Source of the DNA: Oopsacas minuta
Lineage: Eukaryota > Animalia > Porifera
Direction: 5' to 3'
Assembly (NCBI GenBank): GCA_024704765.1
Contig: JAKMXF010000038.1
Coordinates: 1-58,984, forward strand
DNA length: 58,984 bases
Shown here: piece after piece, positions 55,309-58,984 of the stretch
How positions within the stretch are numbered: the first letter of the stretch is position 1
Layout: every line of letters starts with the position of its first letter
Notes under the pieces: model-generated
The model's input: the letters and a program-made list of their open reading frames with translations, nothing else
Database searches by the model: none
Told to the model about the DNA's origin: nothing
Position numbers and translations under genes: made by a program

Positions 55309-56328
55309 TACAATCACAAATCATCAGGGTTAGTAGCTAATCACCTAATTTGTATGATGCAAACATTGCCTTCGAACACACAATCAAATTTAATATAACT
55401 TTCTCGACTCATTTCTATAATTGTTGATTCATTTCTTACAATATTAAATCTCAGTCCTTATGTGTGTATTTTATATCCTGAATTGATTGTATAACTGGAC
55501 TTCCAGACAGGAATTCCGATATATCGCGACGGTTTGGTTCTAACGGGAGTTTATTGTATATTCAAACAAATACACACTGCGAACATATGTAGCCTCCTCG
55601 TTTTAACACATTCCAATATGTCCATCTTGTAACAAGAACCAATTAAGTATCTGGTAATTTAGAAAATACTATCACTATAAAAGGTTAGACATTTGTCTGT
55701 AAACATTTTATCAATTTATTCCATACATGGAAGTATGAATAAATAATTGCTTGATTGACTTAAAATCTTTACATAATATGGATTCCACGAAAAACAAATT
55801 CTATGTATTATATAGTACCAGATTACTTTCAAGTTTGAAGAATTTATATTTTTGCTGAGAAGGACAATTTCGGTTGATGTTTTAGCAGATTATTTATCTA
55901 AAAAGAGTCAAAAATATGTTTGGTTAACTATTCTAGCCTGAATTCATAGTTTGTAGAGCATTTGAAAACGAAATAAAAATGATACCAAGCGAAATGTTAT
56001 TGAGACAAAATTCTCAGAAAAAATGGTGAATAACTTTGAACTGATCCTTATGCATGAAATTCATTGTTGTTTTTTAGGAAATGGCAATCCAGATCCGTTG
56101 AGGGGGGAAAGAAGCCCTGTGGAGAATTAGTTTTATTGTTTTTCTTCTAAGGCAGTGTTCTCAACCATTTTCAAACTGCAGTACATTTCATTCAAAAAAA
56201 ATATGTGAATTCAATTGTATTTAATTTTTTATAAACTGGATTTGACTGATATCGAATTATTCAGAAGTCATCATTACTTGAGTGTCTTTAAGTGTCCATC
56301 ATAGTATAGCTTACTTTTATCAACTTCA

Positions 56329-57753
56329 ATGGATGAGTTCGGCTTACCAGTGGTTGGAGCTGGGTTAGATTACACTAAAGTAGAAGCTCTACCTCCCAAA
56401 CAATTACTAGCTCTTGTCAACAGCTTTGTTGTCCACACAGTTCATTTTCTGAATTCATTCGCGCATGATGCTGATAACAAACTATCCAACACTTCTAAAA
56501 AGATACAACAGCTGGAGATTAGTTTGAATTTGATAGAAGCAAAGCTCTCACATATTCCAGGAATAGAAAACGCCGAAGGAAAGATTTATACGCCTCCTGA
56601 CTCACTAGGTATCATATTTCTTAATATTGTAACTATAATATTCGAATTTGCTTCGAAGACGGTAACCTGAAGCTATCTAATCAATTTTTACACAGCTTCA
56701 TTAATTCAGTTTCATTGTATACAGCACAAACATTCGATAATTCGAACGAATTTTAATTTATACTCCAATTGAGCTAGCCTTTACGACGAACTCATTTTAA
56801 TTTCTCCTTACATACAATATACAGAGTCTTATTGAAAATAATTATCAAATTAGCGTATATCTGCTATTTATTCTCGATACTTTCATTATCCCGATAAGTT
56901 ATATTCATCACTTTATATGTGATTATAGAATGAGTAGAAGTATTTCCTAAAATGCAGAATTTCATATTCTAATTCATTATATATTTATAATAAAAAGATT
57001 GGATAACTCCGTATTTGCATTTTATCATATTTTGTTATAATGAAAGTTTACTGTATGTATATTGAATTAGCAAAATGGTCCCAAGCCATAATTATGCAGT
57101 GAATGCCGGATGTTACAATTTTTGAAAATACAAACGATTTTGGGGGCTAATTATCAAAACTTGTTGCATAACTAAATGAGGATTTTTCCCTGGCGCTTAT
57201 TCAGGGAGATATGGAAGTTCTCATCTTGATGTTAGAATTTCTAATAATCGTCAAGAATATTTCGGCGAAATTTTGACTATCGCACTGTTTTCTAGCAAAT
57301 GCTGGCCTGTCTGTAAAGCCCCGTACGAGCCGTGTTAAGGAAAATAAAGAAGAACAGAGGGAACAGCCAAAACAAACAGAGATGAAAATATCCTCGCCTG
57401 ATCACCAATCCGTTCAAATTATTGAAACAAATTCACCTCTAAACCAAACCACTCCAGATCTTCCACCTTCTCCATTACCAGATATTCCTGGCGTCCCTCA
57501 GTTAACAATTAAGGATGATCCTCAATACAAGGAATGGTTTAGAAAACTTAAATACGGTGCTAGTAAAGATCAATTGAGTGTGGCAATGAGGGGTCACGGA
57601 CTCAATCCAGACCTCCTTGACAACCCGGATATGCCTATTGGAGGGAAACAAGGTACTATTAGCCCCCCGCATCCTCTTGTAGATGAGCAGAATCTGGTTG
57701 AAGACCTCTCATCGAGTTCACTATCAGATGATTCACCAGATTTCTCAGATTAG
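56329..57753 (+). CDS. WASHC3: WASH complex subunit 3 (CCDC53); 2 exons (56329-56608, 57296-57753), about 245 aa
   Basis: MDEFGLPVVGAGLDYTKV..FVVHTVHFLNSF..IQQLEISLNLIEAKLSHIPG and the C-terminal DDPQYKEWF..GLNPDLLDNPD; phase-1 GT-AG intron. Confidence 0.88.
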
Positions 57754-58151
57754 TTTGTAACTTTAAAATATTTCTATAATTTACAAAAGATGTTAATTGC
57801 ATTGTTCTATCTATAAATATTCGGCTCAAGACTCGTATAGAAATATTTGAAGCAATCATACACAGGCCTGTACTTGCCAACTGTCCCGATATTTTGTCGA
57901 GGATAACGTCCCGCTGGGAGGTGGAGAAATGAATCTCCATATAGTAAATTGTAAGTATCTCGGGGGAAATGATAAATTGGGGATTTTAAATCGTTTAATA
58001 GCAAACAAGAGTTCATATTAGTTCTTAATCGTGTATATTATCAAATTTCAAGAATTGTCTTCGTTTTATGTTCTATATAAAATCAGATACAAACATCTGT
58101 ATAATAAACAAATGATATGTAATTACTGCTATTTCGTATAAATGGAGGAAT

Positions 58152-58307
58152 AGTCAGTCAGTCAGTCTGGTAGTCAGTCAGTCAGTCAGTCAGTCAGTCA
58201 GTCAGTCAGTCAGTCAGTCAGTCTGGTAGTCAGTCAGTCAGTCAGTCAGTCAGTCAGTCAGCCAGTCAGTCAGTCAGTCAGCCAGTCAGTCAGTCAGTCA
58301 GTCAGTC
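58152..58307. repeat. (AGTC)n microsatellite, about 155 bp, with tgg/gcc interruptions
   Basis: Direct reading of 58152-58307. Confidence 0.95.
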
Positions 58308-58887
58308 TGTCTGTCTTTCTGTTTGTTTGTTTAATATATAAATATCTTGACATATCAAATTCTGCTGGTATTCTATTGGTTTATCCATTTACATCCTGTG
58401 CATGAAGGGCACCTTCGGACACGTAGAATTCGCAATCAGCGCAGCAAGTCAAGCGTGCTTATACAATATTAATAATATACGTACTTTAATGGTGATAAGT
58501 AATTGAGAATTAATAACAACAAATATTGTCTTCTAAGTATATATTAATGCTATATAACAATAATACCGTACAGATCTTGATAATTATACTGTTTAACTTT
58601 TATGACTGTGGTTTATATCCGGTCTGAGTTTGTGAAGGAGGTTGGTTTTGAGTCTAAAGAAAAAATATTGAATATTATTATACCATAAATGAGTTGTATA
58701 TTACTAATTATATGAGGTAAACAGCTACACATATTTATTGATGTATACTTTTAACAAATTCTTCATCGTTTGTGCAATCCAAGGACATAATATTACACGA
58801 ATTATTCTATTAAAACACAAATTTTTCTACCAATATTATTATACACACGAAAATGTGTATTTCCATCAAATATTGTCATATCATGTA

Positions 58888-58964
58888 CAGTAGAACTCGG
58901 ATAAGACGTACCCCCTCGGGAAACAGAAATTAGTACGTCTTAACCGAGTGTACGTCTTATCCGA
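58888..58964. mobile_element. Family A MITE copy lacking the last about 9 bp of the right TIR
   Basis: TA|cagtagaactcggataagacgtaccccctcgggaaacagaaattagtacgtcttaaccgagtgtacgtcttatccga, nearly identical to 47204-47280. Confidence 0.85.
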
Positions 58965-58984
58965 ATATGTTTGCATTACAAATA

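Overview
AT-rich, gene-dense metazoan DNA. The compact layout and the large family of intronless coiled-coil+NHL genes suggest a glass sponge (Hexactinellida, e.g. Oopsacas); this is inference only. The main structure, invisible in the ORF track, is a complete SMC1 gene that I reconstructed by hand as 38 GT-AG exons over 22814-55308 (about 1236 aa). Its four large introns hold seven other genes: an NHL pseudogene, RAB28, an intronless 2100-aa LRRK/Roco kinase, PPIL3, a 469-aa Trp-rich propeller protein, a xylosyltransferase and another NHL gene. An intronless SMC2 ends 326 bp upstream of SMC1. PIBF1 (3 exons) also hosts an NHL gene. Six dispersed intronless coiled-coil+NHL paralogues are near-identical in DNA but hypervariable at two spots per propeller blade and mosaic among copies, which looks like a diversifying recognition repertoire. 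Also present: GDPGP1, an ATG8/GABARAPL2-like gene, an ALG3 pseudogene, MED10, CFAP161, WASHC3, orphan FN3 exons, TA-flanked MITEs, a 49-bp hAT remnant and several tandem repeats. I found no CRISPR array, rRNA or intact tRNA.
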